Origin: Rhodospirillales bacterium
GTDB lineage: Bacteria; Pseudomonadota; Alphaproteobacteria; Bin95
NCBI GenBank assembly: GCA_038143065.1
Contig: JAYQLI010000035.1
Location: forward strand, 1,056,001-1,120,000
Length of the DNA: 64,000 nucleotides
Direction of reading: 5' to 3'
Shown here: in pieces, positions 36,082-47,352 of the stretch
How the letters are laid out: the number at the start of each line of letters is the position of its first letter
Position numbering within the stretch: the first letter of the stretch is position 1
The notes under the pieces: generated by a model
Told to the model about the DNA's origin: nothing
Seen by the model: only the letters and a program-made list of their open reading frames with translations
Database searches by the model: none
Made by a program: the position numbers and the translations under genes

Positions 36082-37074
36082 ATGCCTAAAAGTAACCTAG
36101 ACATTTCTAGGCTAAAAGAGCGTTATCATACGATGCTGCGTATCCGAGCATTTGAAGAATTTGCCATCAAAGCAGCAGACGAAAAGCTTGTACTTGGGGC
36201 AATTCATCCATCGATAGGACAAGAAGCCTGCGCCGTGGGAGTTTGCGCGGCGCTAAGGCAGGACGATTTTTTACTTTCTACCCATCGGGGACACGGCCAC
36301 ACACTAGCAAAAGGGGCGGACGCCCTAGCAATGATGCGTGAGAATTATTCGGGCGCGAAGGGGGCATCTGCGGAGGTAAAGGTGGCTCAATGCATATTGC
36401 TGATTTTTCTGTAGGAATGCTGGGTGCAAATGGCGTCGTAGCAGCAAATATTAATATAGCTGCAGGCGCCGCTCACGCTGCAAAGCTTCTTGGCCAAGAC
36501 AAAATTGCTGTCTGTATATTCGGGGATGGCGCAATAAACCGAGGCCCGTTTCTCGAAGGCCTAAACTGGGCCTCTGCATTCAACCTTCCAGTCTTATTTG
36601 TATGCGAAGACAATCAATGGGCATCTACCACGCGCTCAAAAGATGTAACGGGAGGTGATGATCCGGTGAAGCGAGCCAATTCCTGGGTATAAAGGGGAGA
36701 GCGTCGACGGAAACGATGTCATGGCAGTGGAGGAAGCAACAACCAGAATGGTCACTGAAATCCGAGCTGGAGGTGGCCCCCGCCTTCTACACGCTACAAC
36801 GTACCGTCTTCTTGGACACACAAGTGTAGATAAAGCTGCATATCGACCCGATAGCGAAGCAGATGGAAAATGGGCTGAATGTCCGATTTCAAGAACAAAG
36901 GATCTTCTAATGCGCGCCGGCGTAAGTGAAAGCGAAATAAATAAGCTAAAAGCTGATGCAACTGCAGAAATGAACGCCGCCTTTGAAAAAGCAAAAGTCT
37001 CTCCCTGGCCAGCCACATCGGATGCTTACTCAGACGTCCAGGATATCGGCTCAATAAAGCCTATGGATATATAA
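36082..37074 (+). CDS. TPP-dependent dehydrogenase E1 alpha subunit (acetoin/pyruvate type); two frameshifts
   Basis: HPSIGQEA, STHRGHGH, GSMH, FGDGA...EDNQW and TYRLLGH. Confidence 0.88.
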
Positions 37075-37078
37075 ACCT

Positions 37079-38043
37079 ATGCCAACAATTACCTACCGAG
37101 AAGCCGGAAAACTTGCTGTTCAGGAAGCAATGCAAGCGGATCCGTCCGTATGGTGCCTTGGCGAAGATCTTGGTCGTGGGGGCGTTTTTGGTCAGTACGC
37201 TGGCTTGAAACTGAATTTGGCGTTGATCGAGTTTGCTCAACCCCTATTTCTGAAGCCGCGATAATGGGTGCGGCTGTAGGCGCAGCAATGGCCGGAACCC
37301 GTCCAATTGTAGAAATGCGTTTTGCTGACTTCGCTCTCTGCGCCATCGATGAATTGGTAAACCAAGCTGCCAAAGCTCGCTATATGTTTGGTGGCCAAGT
37401 TAAAGTTCCGATAACAGTTCGAGAGCCTATGGGTATGTGGCGCTCTTCAGCAGCACAGCATTCTCAATCTTTAGAGGCTTGGTACACTCATATTCCCGGA
37501 CTTGTTGTTGTGGCTCCATCAACTCCCGCTGACAATTACGGTCTGTTATCCGCCTCAATAAAATCCGACGACCCCGTAGTCTACATGGAACATAAAAATC
37601 TATGGGATGTTAGTGGCGATGTAACTCTTGGGCAGACATTACCACTGGGAAAAGCTCACATAGCCAAACATGGAGGAGATGTCAGCGTAGTTTCCTGGTC
37701 AGCTCAAGTTCACACTGCTTTGGAAGCGGCTGAAATATTGGCCATAGAGGGCATTGAAATTGAAGTAATTGATCTGAGAAGCCTGTGGCCTTGGGACGAG
37801 GACACGGTTGCTAAATCTTTAGCTAAAACTGGTAGACTTGTCGTTTGCCATGAGGCTGTAGGCGTCAGCGGATTTGGCGCAGAAATCCTTGCAACTATCT
37901 CCGAGCGTTATTTTGGCCTGCTAAAACGGCCACCAATTCGGGTTACCGCTCCACGTATTCCAATCTCTTATGCCCCGAACCTTGAAAACGAAGTGAAGGT
38001 AACAGCCAAAGATATCTCAAATGCTATCAGGCAGATGGATTAA
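37079..38043 (+). CDS. TPP-dependent dehydrogenase E1 beta subunit; one frameshift
   Basis: LGED, TPISEAAIMG, AQHSQSLEAW and IDLRSLWP. Confidence 0.9.
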
Positions 38044-39188
38044 TGTCCTTAAACAACACCCGCATCGCAGCTATTCGAACACATGTTCTCTCCGCCCCTC
38101 TATCGAAGCCTTTTTTATGGTCATTCAATAGAGCTGATAAAAGAGAGGGATGTGTCGTTGAGATAACTGATGAGTCAGGCGCGACAGGCTGGGGAGAATG
38201 CTTCGGACCGGCAAAACTAAATGCAGCTGTTATCGAGGCGTTTACCCCACATTTAATCGGTAAAGATGGTTTTGCAATCGATGCGATTTGGCAGCACTTA
38301 TACAACCAATTTCTTGATCAGGGCCAAAAAGGTCTAGTCATCACCGCCCTATCTGGGATCGATATAGCTCTTTGGGACCTTAAAGGACGACGCTTAAATG
38401 AACCAGTTCATCGTCTTTTGGGTGGCCCTATCCGCTCGGAAGTTAAAGCCTATGCGACGGGGACTTATCGTCTCGATGAAGGCAACCCGCTGGAGTATGT
38501 CATTAAAGAAGTCAAAGGCTACGTTGATGAAGGCTTTCATGCTGTAAAAATTAAAATTGGTTTCGACGTATCTTCAGATCTAGAGTTGATAAGAGCTGTT
38601 CGCTCTGCGGTAGGCCCAGACATTGAACTGATGATAGATGCAAACCATGGTTACGATGCTTTAGAGGCAATTAGATTGGGCCAGGCGATTGCTGATTTAG
38701 ATATTCGTTGGTTCGAAGAACCTGTTACGCCAGACAATCTAGGAGCCTATGAAGAAGTTCGTCGGGGCCAACCAATCCCTGTTGCTGGCGGAGAGTGTGA
38801 CTTCACCCGATGGGGTTTCAGAGAAATACTTCAGCGGCGAGCAATTGATATAATTCAGCCAGATACAGCGGCGGCTGGAGGAATTTCTGAGTGCAAGAAA
38901 ATTGCCGATATGGCTGCTTCTTTTGGCGTGCGCTACTTACCGCATGTTTGGGGAACGGGCATTGGTTTAGCTGCTGCATTACAACTGATAGCTGTCCTCC
39001 CGGACACCCCACCCAGCTATAACCCAAAGGCACCTATTCTTGAATTTGACCGCAGCGAACATCCATTCAGACAGGCCGTACTCGAGACCCCTATCGAGCA
39101 CAGTGGCGGCGTGGTAGCCGTTCCGTCCGCTCCTGGTCTAGGAATTGAAATAAATCGCAATGCCCTCGATCAATACAGAATTTCTTAA
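38043..39188 (+). CDS. Mandelate racemase/muconate lactonizing enzyme family, D-galactarolactone cycloisomerase (Gci)-like
   Basis: GWGECFGP, DQGQKG, KIKIG, DANHGY, FEEP, GGE, PHVWGTG and EFDRSEHPFRQ. Confidence 0.85.
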   Translation: MSLNNTRIAAIRTHVLSAPLSKPFLWSFNRADKREGCVVEITDESGATGWGECFGPAKLNAAVIEAFTPHLIGKDGFAIDAIWQHLYNQFLDQGQKGLVITALSGIDIALWDLKGRRLNEPVHRLLGGPIRSEVKAYATGTYRLDEGNPLEYVIKEVKGYVDEGFHAVKIKIGFDVSSDLELIRAVRSAVGPDIELMIDANHGYDALEAIRLGQAIADLDIRWFEEPVTPDNLGAYEEVRRGQPIPVAGGECDFTRWGFREILQRRAIDIIQPDTAAAGGISECKKIADMAASFGVRYLPHVWGTGIGLAAALQLIAVLPDTPPSYNPKAPILEFDRSEHPFRQAVLETPIEHSGGVVAVPSAPGLGIEINRNALDQYRIS

Positions 39189-39215
39189 CTAAGTGATACG
39201 CAACAGGGAAAAGTT

Positions 39216-40384
39216 TCAAGCAGTATCCGCTAGATATCTCATCGCTGCATCCACTCCCCCAGACTGATGCGGTACGTTAGCAAGACGTAAACCAGTCTCA
39301 ACTGCGGCAAGCGTGCCAAGCAGCATCGGTTCATTGAAATCACCAAGATGACCAATTCGAAAGACTTTGCCTTTGACCTTGCCAAGCCCATTACCTAGTG
39401 AAACATCGAAATTTTCTAAAATCACAGCCCGAACGTGATCAGCATCGCAGCCGTCAGGTACTCGCACTGCTGTCAACACATTTGACCGCTCGTCAGCTAC
39501 CTCAATTTGCATCTCCAAACCCCAAGCTTGAACCGCTTGTCGAGCTGCCGAAGCAAGACGATCATGCCTTACAAAAGTATTTTCCAGGCCTTCTTCGTTC
39601 AGCATATCAATTGCTTCACGCAACCCATAAAGCAAGTTTGTAGCGGGTGTGTAAGGAAAATAACCACCCGAATTGAGTTCAAGCATTGCAGCCCAATCCC
39701 AGTATGAGCGCCTTACACCTCCAGCCTGAGACACTTGTAGCGCCTTTGGTCCGATAACATTCATTCCGAGGCCCGGTGGGGTCATTAATCCTTTTTGAGA
39801 ACCACCAATTGTTACATCAACTCCCCATTCATCATGACGGTAATCCGCACATCCAATACCGGAGATTGAATCCACCAAAAAGAGGGCATCGTGACCAGCT
39901 GCATCAATAGCTTTCCGCACATCAATAACTCTGCTAGTGGCACCAGTAGAAGTCTCATTGTGAACCATGCAGACAGCTTTGATTGTCTTCCCACTATCTG
40001 CTTTTAACTTTTCTTCAACTTCCTCTGGCTGAACTCCTCTTCGCCAGTCGCCCGCGATGAATTCCACATCCAATCCTAACCTTAGGGCGAGATCTTGCCA
40101 AAGAGTTGCAAATTGACCCGTTTCAGCCATGAGGAGCTTATCGCCAGGCTGAAATAAATTAACTAAAGCCGCTTCCCAGGCTCCAGTTCCAGAAGATGGA
40201 TAAATGATAACAGGATGCTCTGTCCTGAAGATACCTCGAATGTCGTTCAGTAATTTTTTTCCAAAATACCAAAATCCGGGCCCCGATGATCCATCGTCGG
40301 TTTTGCCATAGCCGCTAAAATTCGATCGGGCGAATTGCTGGGACCAGGAATTTGCAAAAAATGGCGGCCAGGGCGGGAAGACAT
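39216..40384 (-). CDS. Serine--glyoxylate aminotransferase (class V); frameshift near 40265
   Basis: Starts MSSRPGRHFLQIPGPSN. Also YPSSGTGAWEA, VHNETSTG, GSQKGLM and FRIGHLG. Confidence 0.9.
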
Positions 40385-40509
40385 TGGTTACTCCTCAAAA
40401 CAATGAAAATGTTCTATGCCATGTCAGACCATGACCTGAAAGAGATTTAATCGTATTAATTAATATAAAGATCGCTTTGCAACGATCTGAAACGGTTTGG
40501 AGCGCCTTC

Positions 40510-41502
40510 ATGCCAAATTCTGGCACCCGTCCGAAAGTAGTTGTCACTCGAAAGCTACCAGAGCCGATAGAAACTCGGATGATGGAACTTTTCGATGCAT
40601 CTCTTGCTGAATGCGACCAGCCTATGTCGAGAGAACAACTAAAAGTCGCAGTTTCGAGCGCACATGTTCTGTCTCCTACCGTAACTGACAAGATAGATGC
40701 AGATATTATCGAGGCGGCAGGCCCACAATTAAAACTGATCGCCAATTACGGAGCTGGTGTGGATCATATTGACCTGGAAGCAGCGCACGCCAAGGGGTTA
40801 ATTGTAACCAACACACCCGGGGTCCTGACGGAAGATACAGCTGACATGGCGATGGCACTTATTCTGGCCGTAGTTCGACGTATCGGCGAAGGACAGCGGC
40901 TTGTTCGTGCGCAACAGTGGGAAGGCTGGGCGCCAACTGGACTCATGGGGAAAACCGTTCGAGGCAAACGCCTGGGAATAGTTGGCATGGGTCGCATTGG
41001 GGCAGCCTTGGCACGACGTGCCAGGGCTTTCGGGCTATCTATACACTATCACAACCGCCGTCGGGTCGCTGATGAAATTGAAGAAGAGCTGGAAGCTACA
41101 TATTGGGAGAGCTTAAACCAGATGCTTGCCAGAATGGACATTATCTCTGTGAACTGTCCAAGAACACCAGGCACATTTCATTTACTGAATGCGCCTAGGC
41201 TGAGTGTGATCAAGGAAGGTGCTGTTATCATTAACACTTCACGCGGTGATGTTATCGATGAAAGTGCACTCGTACGTGGTCTTTCCTCAGGAAGAATAGG
41301 TGGTGCAGGGCTAGACGTATTTGAGCACGAGCCAGTTGTGACACCTAAACTCCTAAAAATGGAGAATGTCGTTCTAACTCCTCACATCGCTTCTGCCACC
41401 ATCGAAGCCCGTATGGCAATGGGCGAAAAGCTTATTGCTAATATCAAGGCATTTACGGATCACCACGTCCCACCGGACCGCGTACTTAAGAGTATGTTTT
41501 AG
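40510..41502 (+). CDS. D-2-hydroxyacid dehydrogenase (glyoxylate reductase / D-glycerate dehydrogenase)
   Basis: NTPGVLTEDTAD, GMGRIG, NTSRG, LDVFEHEP and PHIASAT. Confidence 0.92.
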   Translation: MPNSGTRPKVVVTRKLPEPIETRMMELFDASLAECDQPMSREQLKVAVSSAHVLSPTVTDKIDADIIEAAGPQLKLIANYGAGVDHIDLEAAHAKGLIVTNTPGVLTEDTADMAMALILAVVRRIGEGQRLVRAQQWEGWAPTGLMGKTVRGKRLGIVGMGRIGAALARRARAFGLSIHYHNRRRVADEIEEELEATYWESLNQMLARMDIISVNCPRTPGTFHLLNAPRLSVIKEGAVIINTSRGDVIDESALVRGLSSGRIGGAGLDVFEHEPVVTPKLLKMENVVLTPHIASATIEARMAMGEKLIANIKAFTDHHVPPDRVLKSMF

Positions 41503-41595
41503 CCACAAGATTCCATAAAAACTTTCAGCGATTTTTAGTTTAAAAACCGCATTAGCAAAAAAAGACCTGGGGAAGACAGAGACTATTTCAATTTT

Positions 41596-41937
41596 TTAAC
41601 CAGGACTGATGCGGCCTAGTCGCTTAGGATCGATGTCTGTATTTGCTACTGGCAAACGCCCATGATCATGCATGTATACCGCTAAAAGCTCACCATGGCG
41701 CGTACGGTATGCAGTATTTACCTCAACTCGAAACTGAGTCGCTCCTGCCGGTGGGTGCTCAGCTTTCGCCATAACTTCTCCCCTTAAACCATACAAAGAA
41801 TGACCAGTAGCTGCACCGATATAGACAACTTCTCCCTCCTCATTAGAGAGTTCATAAACTCCCAGATTGCCGGAAAGTCGCTTGGCCTCAGTTAAAGTCA
41901 ATGGGCGCCAGGGCTTGGTCATACGCACCGCCATCAA
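41596..41937 (-). CDS. Small hypothetical protein with GIY-YIG-like signature
   Basis: GVYELSNEEGEVVYIG. It is translationally coupled behind the enoyl-CoA hydratase. Confidence 0.6.
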   Translation of the reverse strand: MMAVRMTKPWRPLTLTEAKRLSGNLGVYELSNEEGEVVYIGAATGHSLYGLRGEVMAKAEHPPAGATQFRVEVNTAYRTRHGELLAVYMHDHGRLPVANTDIDPKRLGRISPG

Positions 41938-41938
41938 A

Positions 41939-42700
41939 TCAGACTCCCTTAAAATCAGGTGTTCGCTTTTCCAAACGGGCTGCTATGCCCTCTTTTGAGT
42001 CTGCACTCGCGCGGGTTGCATTTACCAATTGATCAACATCGCCGTGATAGACACCATCACGGAATGCCATCTCGCGAACCAGAAGCGACTTGATCGCTCG
42101 GAGGGAAAGTGGGGCATTTCTTGCAAGACGGTCTATTACTCTTTCAGCTGAAGACTCCAGATCATGCTCAGGAACAGCTGAATAAATTATACCAAGGTCA
42201 TGAAGGCGTCTGGAAGGTAAAGGGTCACCCAGCAATAGGACCTCACGAGCACCCACTGGCCCCGCAACTTCCATAAGCTTTTTTGCAAGAAACCATGTCG
42301 GTGCTAAACCAATTTGTGCCAGAGACATTCCAAAACGCGCATTTTCCGAAGCCACTACAAAATCACAATGAAGTGCGAGTTCACAGCCACCAGCAATGGC
42401 ATCTCCATGAACGACTGCAACTGCGGGTAAAGGATAGTTTTCAAGGGCGTGTAACATACCCTCGATCGGGCTTTCATTATCTTTAATTGGCTTGGCCAGC
42501 CGTTCTTTTAGATCCATACCGGAGCAGAAAGATGGTCCTTCCGCTCTAAGGACTAAAACCCGCTCATCTGGTGCTGGTGTTTCATTCAGAGCGGTAAGCA
42601 TTTCATCTAACATCGCAAGATTTAACGCATTACGCTTGTCACCGCGAGTCAGAGTCATCGTTCGTACAGGACCGGACTTTTCAATTCGAATGTATTCCAT
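41939..42700 (-). CDS. Enoyl-CoA hydratase/isomerase family protein
   Basis: KRNAL, FCSGMDL, AGGCELALHCD and EKRTPDFKG. Confidence 0.92.
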   Translation of the reverse strand: MEYIRIEKSGPVRTMTLTRGDKRNALNLAMLDEMLTALNETPAPDERVLVLRAEGPSFCSGMDLKERLAKPIKDNESPIEGMLHALENYPLPAVAVVHGDAIAGGCELALHCDFVVASENARFGMSLAQIGLAPTWFLAKKLMEVAGPVGAREVLLLGDPLPSRRLHDLGIIYSAVPEHDLESSAERVIDRLARNAPLSLRAIKSLLVREMAFRDGVYHGDVDQLVNATRASADSKEGIAARLEKRTPDFKGV

Positions 42701-42711
42701 CGAATTTTCTC

Positions 42712-43561
42712 CTAAGGCTGCCCAACTCCAGGAACGGCCACTCTAATTTTTTCTATTCGCCCATCTCTCCGGGCAGCAGCATGGGTGCCTGAACCGGAGC
42801 AAGTGCAAATATATAAAGTTTTTCTATCATCGTCCCCAAGCATACAAGCAAAAGAACCAAAACGACCAGTCGATATCCGCATGGTCACTTCACCACCTTC
42901 TAGTACTCGAATGGTTTCATTGTTTCGCGGATCTGCAACCCAGATAGCTCCCTCTGCATCAAGACAGATACCATCCGGAAAATTATCACCTAAACTTGCC
43001 CAAACCCTCTTATTTGAAAGTTCACCACCTGGACCGATATCCATTGCAGTAAGACAGTTGGCACGGGTCTCGCCAACAATAAGGGTTTTTCCGTCAGGAG
43101 TGATTACGGACCCATTTGGAAAATGAAACCCTTCAGCAGCAAGCGAAACTTCGCCATTAGGATCAACGCGTATTATGTTGGCTAATCGTTGCTCTGCACC
43201 AACGTATGTATCGTAGCCAAAATTACCCACATAAGCGCGCCCTTCTTTACTCACGACCATGTCGTTGCAGTGGAACGTCGCAAGTTCGGAAAGATTGGCA
43301 TGTTCAACAAGACTACCGTCTTTCTCCTGGCGCAGCAGACGACGATCCTTCATGGAAACAATGAGTAATCTTCCATCTGGCAACCATCCAAGACCAGAGG
43401 GCTGGTTTTCAACTCTTGCCACTGGCTTTAAATCACCGCCTGAGCCCATTCGGAAAACTGTTTGTTGATAAAAGTCAGAAAACCAGAGCGCCCCCTCGTA
43501 CCAGCGCGGCCCCTCTGGAAAAGCCTAGACCCTCAATCACAACATGCTGAGGCGTTGTCAT
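42712..43561 (-). CDS. SMP-30/gluconolactonase family protein; 5' frameshifts
   Basis: GLGFPEGPRW at the N-terminus, then PSGLGWLPDG, CNDMVV, FPNG and PDGICLDAEG. Confidence 0.88.
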
Positions 43562-43687
43562 TTTATTCTCCGGACTTCATTTCAAAACAGATTTACTTCA
43601 CCAGGTCTTTTGTTGAGCCCCCAGTGACTCTGCAGGTATTATCGGCTTAGATTTCCTCCATGAAAACCTTTAATCGAAGGTAGATAT

Positions 43688-44516
43688 ATGCAGCTAAAAA
43701 AGCTTTCCGGCGCCATGGGAGCGGAAATAGCCGGCTTTAACCTGGCCAAGGACATCAGCAAGAGCTTGGCGACGGAAATCATTGATGCTCTCGCGGAATA
43801 TGGTGTTTTGTTATTTAGGGACCAAGACCTGGATGTAGAAGCTCACAAGAAAATTGCTCGCCACTTCGGCGATATTTTTATTCACCCAAATTTTAATACC
43901 GGCGACCATGACCCAGAAGTTGTGAATATTGTTAGACAACCTGGTGATAGCCGCATAGTTGGAGAGGACTGGCACGCGGACACAACAATGATGGCGGAGC
44001 CACCAATGGGCGCTCTGCTGTACGCTCTTGAGACACCTCCTTACGGAGGCGACACCTTTTCGCGGCGCAGTGGCTGGCTTATGAAGCTCTTTCTGACGAT
44101 ATGAAAAAATTCTTAGCTGATCTCAAATGCGTCCATTCAGATATAAAAGTCGCTGTCCCACACAATAAACTCAATTCTAAACGAGCTACGGTGGTCCGCG
44201 AAGATGATGGATGGAAACCAACAGAAAATTCGCACCCCGTAGTTCGCACACATCCGTGTCAGGGAAAAAATGCCTTTTTGTCAATCATTCCTATTCCATT
44301 CGATTTGAAGGCTGGACAGAGGAAGAGTCTCTGCCTTTGTTAAATTGGCTCATGGATTGGGGACACCGACCTGAATTCACCTGTCGTTTACAATGGAAAG
44401 ACAGGTCTCTAGCTTTTTGGGACAATCGCTCAACTAAGCATCTAGCAATTAATGATGACTACGAGCATCGCCGCGTCATGCGCCGCATCCAGATTGCTGG
44501 GACGCCTGTGGAATGA
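43688..44516 (+). CDS. TauD/TfdA taurine-dioxygenase family protein; two frameshifts
   Basis: GAMGAEI, WHAD, PPYGGDT, HPVVRTHP and WDNRSTKH. Confidence 0.88.
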
Positions 44517-44602
44517 TGTTTTTTTAAAATATTAAAATTTCGTTACCTACTTAATAGCATCAACTGATACCTCATCATGCGATGATGCCTGAGGAGAAAA
44601 CA

Positions 44603-46330
44603 ATGAGCCGGAAAACACTCGAAGAATTGCGCAGCCAACGCTGGTTTGGTGTCGATAATATGCGTGCGTTTGGCCATAGAAGTCGCACCATGGAAATGGG
44701 CTTTAGTCGCGAAGATTTTATGGGAAAACCGGTTATTGGAATCGTGAATACCTGGGCCGACACCAATACGTGCCACAGTCACATGAGACAGCGTGCAGAA
44801 GAAGTAAAACGCGGCGTTTGGCAAGCAGGAGGGTTTCCTTTGGAAATGCCTGCAATGTCTGTTGGTGAGCAACATACCAAGCCTACTTCAATGCTCTATC
44901 GTAATTTTTTGGCAATGGAGACAGAAGAACTTCTCCGCTCCCAACCGGTGGATGGTGTGGTGCTGATGGGCGGTTGTGACAAGACAACTCCAGCATTGCT
45001 TATGGGAGCAATATCTATGAATCTGCCGGCGATTTACGTCCCCGCTGGTGCGATGCTGCGGGGACACTGAGAAAGGGACAACTCTTGGTTCAGGTACTGA
45101 CGTTTTCAAATATTGGGCAGAAAGACGCGCTGGCAACGTAACGGATGAGCAGTGGAGCGAATTAGAAGAAGGTATAGCTCGCTCAGCCGGAACCTGTATG
45201 ACAATGGGCACAGCATCCACAATGATGTCGCTTGCCGAGGTTTTGGGCTTTTCTTTACCTGGCGCTTCATCGATCCCAGCAGTGGACTCAACTCACTCGA
45301 TGATGGCCAGTAGATCCGGACGACGGATTGTAGAAATGGTGTGGAACGATCAAAAACCATCTGACATAGCGACCCACGAGGCATTTCAGGATGCTATAGT
45401 CGCTGACATGGCACTGGGTGGGTCGACAAATGCAATCATTCACCTGACCGCAATGGCAGGCCGCGCAGGCATCAAATTGACGTTAGATGATTTTGACAAA
45501 GCATCTAAGACAACACCGATGCTCCTAAATCTAAAGCCTTCCGGCAAATACTTGATGGAAGACTTTTTATTATTCAGGAGGATTACGTGCCCTTCTCCGA
45601 CAAATCTCTGATCTTCTAGCATCTAGATAGAACCGTATGTAATGGGATGACTTTCGGGGAAAATATTGAAACAGCTGAGATATTTAATGAGGAAGTTATT
45701 CGTCCTCGGGGTAATCCTATCTCAGCCACAGGTGGAACAGCTGCGCTAAAGGGCAATCTTGCGCCATATGGCGCAATCATAAAACCCACAGCAGCGGAGC
45801 CTCATCTTTTGAAACACACTGGTCCGGCTGTTGCTTTCGAGAATGTCGACGACATTTACGCACGTATAGATGATCCCGACCTCGATGTGACTAAAGATTC
45901 TGTCTTAGTTTTAAAAAATGCTGGCCCTAAAGGCGCCCCAGGGATGCCTGAGTGGGGACAACTTCCAATTCCACAAAAACTACTGAAACAAGGCGTGCGA
46001 GACATGGTCCGAATTTCAGACTGCCGCATGAGCGGGACCAGCTTTGGCGCCTGTATACTGCACGTAGCCCCGAAGCAGCGGTAGGAGGCAATCTCGCATT
46101 GGTGAAAACAGGAGATCTGATTACTTTAGATGTAGAAGCTAGAAAACTTGAACTGCACGTTTCAGACGAAGAACTTGAGATACGTCGAAAAAGTTGGAAG
46201 GCTCCAAAAAGTCCCTACTCTCGAGGATATGGAGCACTTTTTTATGCAGCATGTTACCCAAGCTCACGAGGGCTGCGACTTCGACTTTTTGCACGCCGGG
46301 GCCTCCACTCCTGAGCCAAAAATTTATTAG
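44603..46330 (+). CDS. IlvD/Edd family sugar-acid dehydratase (L-arabinonate dehydratase-like); several frameshifts
   Basis: NTCHSH, GCDKTTPA, GTCMTMGTAS, GGSTNA, GPKGAPGMPEW and RMSGTS. Confidence 0.9.
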
Positions 46331-46536
46331 AGAAGTAGTATCAGAACTTCACCACACCATTCGGGCACCAAACCAAAAAATCAATCAAGGGATTAGCTTA
46401 CTTTGAAAATACGCCTAAAGGCCTATTGGCTATAATCTAATCAAAACTTTGAATTTCTTTATGCTACACGAGTAGCAAAATGGGCATTTAGCTACCATTT
46501 CTTAAACCAAACAATTTCTGCGGATTAAACTTCATA

Positions 46537-46751
46537 ATGCAAAATCATCCAGCCCCTATTGACCCCAAGCTACTTTGAGCTCCTCGTATGCCCAATTACC
46601 AAAAAAGCCATTAATATATGACCAAGAACGGCAGGAATTGATTAGCAAAGAAGCGGGGTTGGCTTATCCGATCGAAGATGGAATTCCAATAATGCTGCCC
46701 GAGGACGCACGTCAGCTAGAAGATGAAAATCAAGATTCAGGAAATTCGTAA
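46537..46751 (+). CDS. Trm112 family protein; frameshifted
   Basis: Manually read as [15 protein letters not shown]...[26 protein letters not shown], with homopolymer indels. Confidence 0.8.
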
Positions 46752-47137
46752 TGGCTCGCACTTTAGCAGAGATAGATTTAGCCCCAGCACCCCAGCCTAA
46801 AGAAATTAGAATAACAAAAGATAAAACTGGCATGACCATCGCATTCGATGATGGAGAAATCTATAATCTGTCTGCAGAACTCCTTCGAGTAGAGAGCCCC
46901 TCTGCCGAGGTACAGGGACATGGAGCTGGACAAAAACAACTCGTCCCAGGCAAAAGTCAGGTAAAAATTATTTCCGTAACACCAAATGGTAACTATGCAG
47001 TTCGATTAGGCTTTGACGATGGCCACTCAACCGGCATATTTTCTTGGCGCTACCTGCGGTTTCTTGGTGAAAATGCGACTTCCCTTATGGATGACTATTT
47101 AGAAAATTTAGCAGATGCCGGCATGACACGCTCTTAA
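46751..47137 (+). CDS. DUF971 / gamma-butyrobetaine hydroxylase N-terminal-like protein
   Basis: AELLRVESPSAEVQGH and GNYAVRLGFDDGHSTGIFSW. Confidence 0.9.
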   Translation: MARTLAEIDLAPAPQPKEIRITKDKTGMTIAFDDGEIYNLSAELLRVESPSAEVQGHGAGQKQLVPGKSQVKIISVTPNGNYAVRLGFDDGHSTGIFSWRYLRFLGENATSLMDDYLENLADAGMTRS

Positions 47138-47352
47138 CAAACAGCATGGCTATAACTCATTTAAAACCTTAAGTAAGCAGAAACTGCTTACGTCTGCGGT
47201 AAAAAGGTGTCTAAAGTTTGAGGGCTAAGGAAGAATTTTTTGATTGTTGGTAGTTAAAATTTTTGGAACATTTGTCTTTAAACATTTCCACTCCTGAAAA
47301 AGAAGTTGGCCGTGGTGTCATTGCTACCAAAGCGTGCTGATGAGAAATACTG

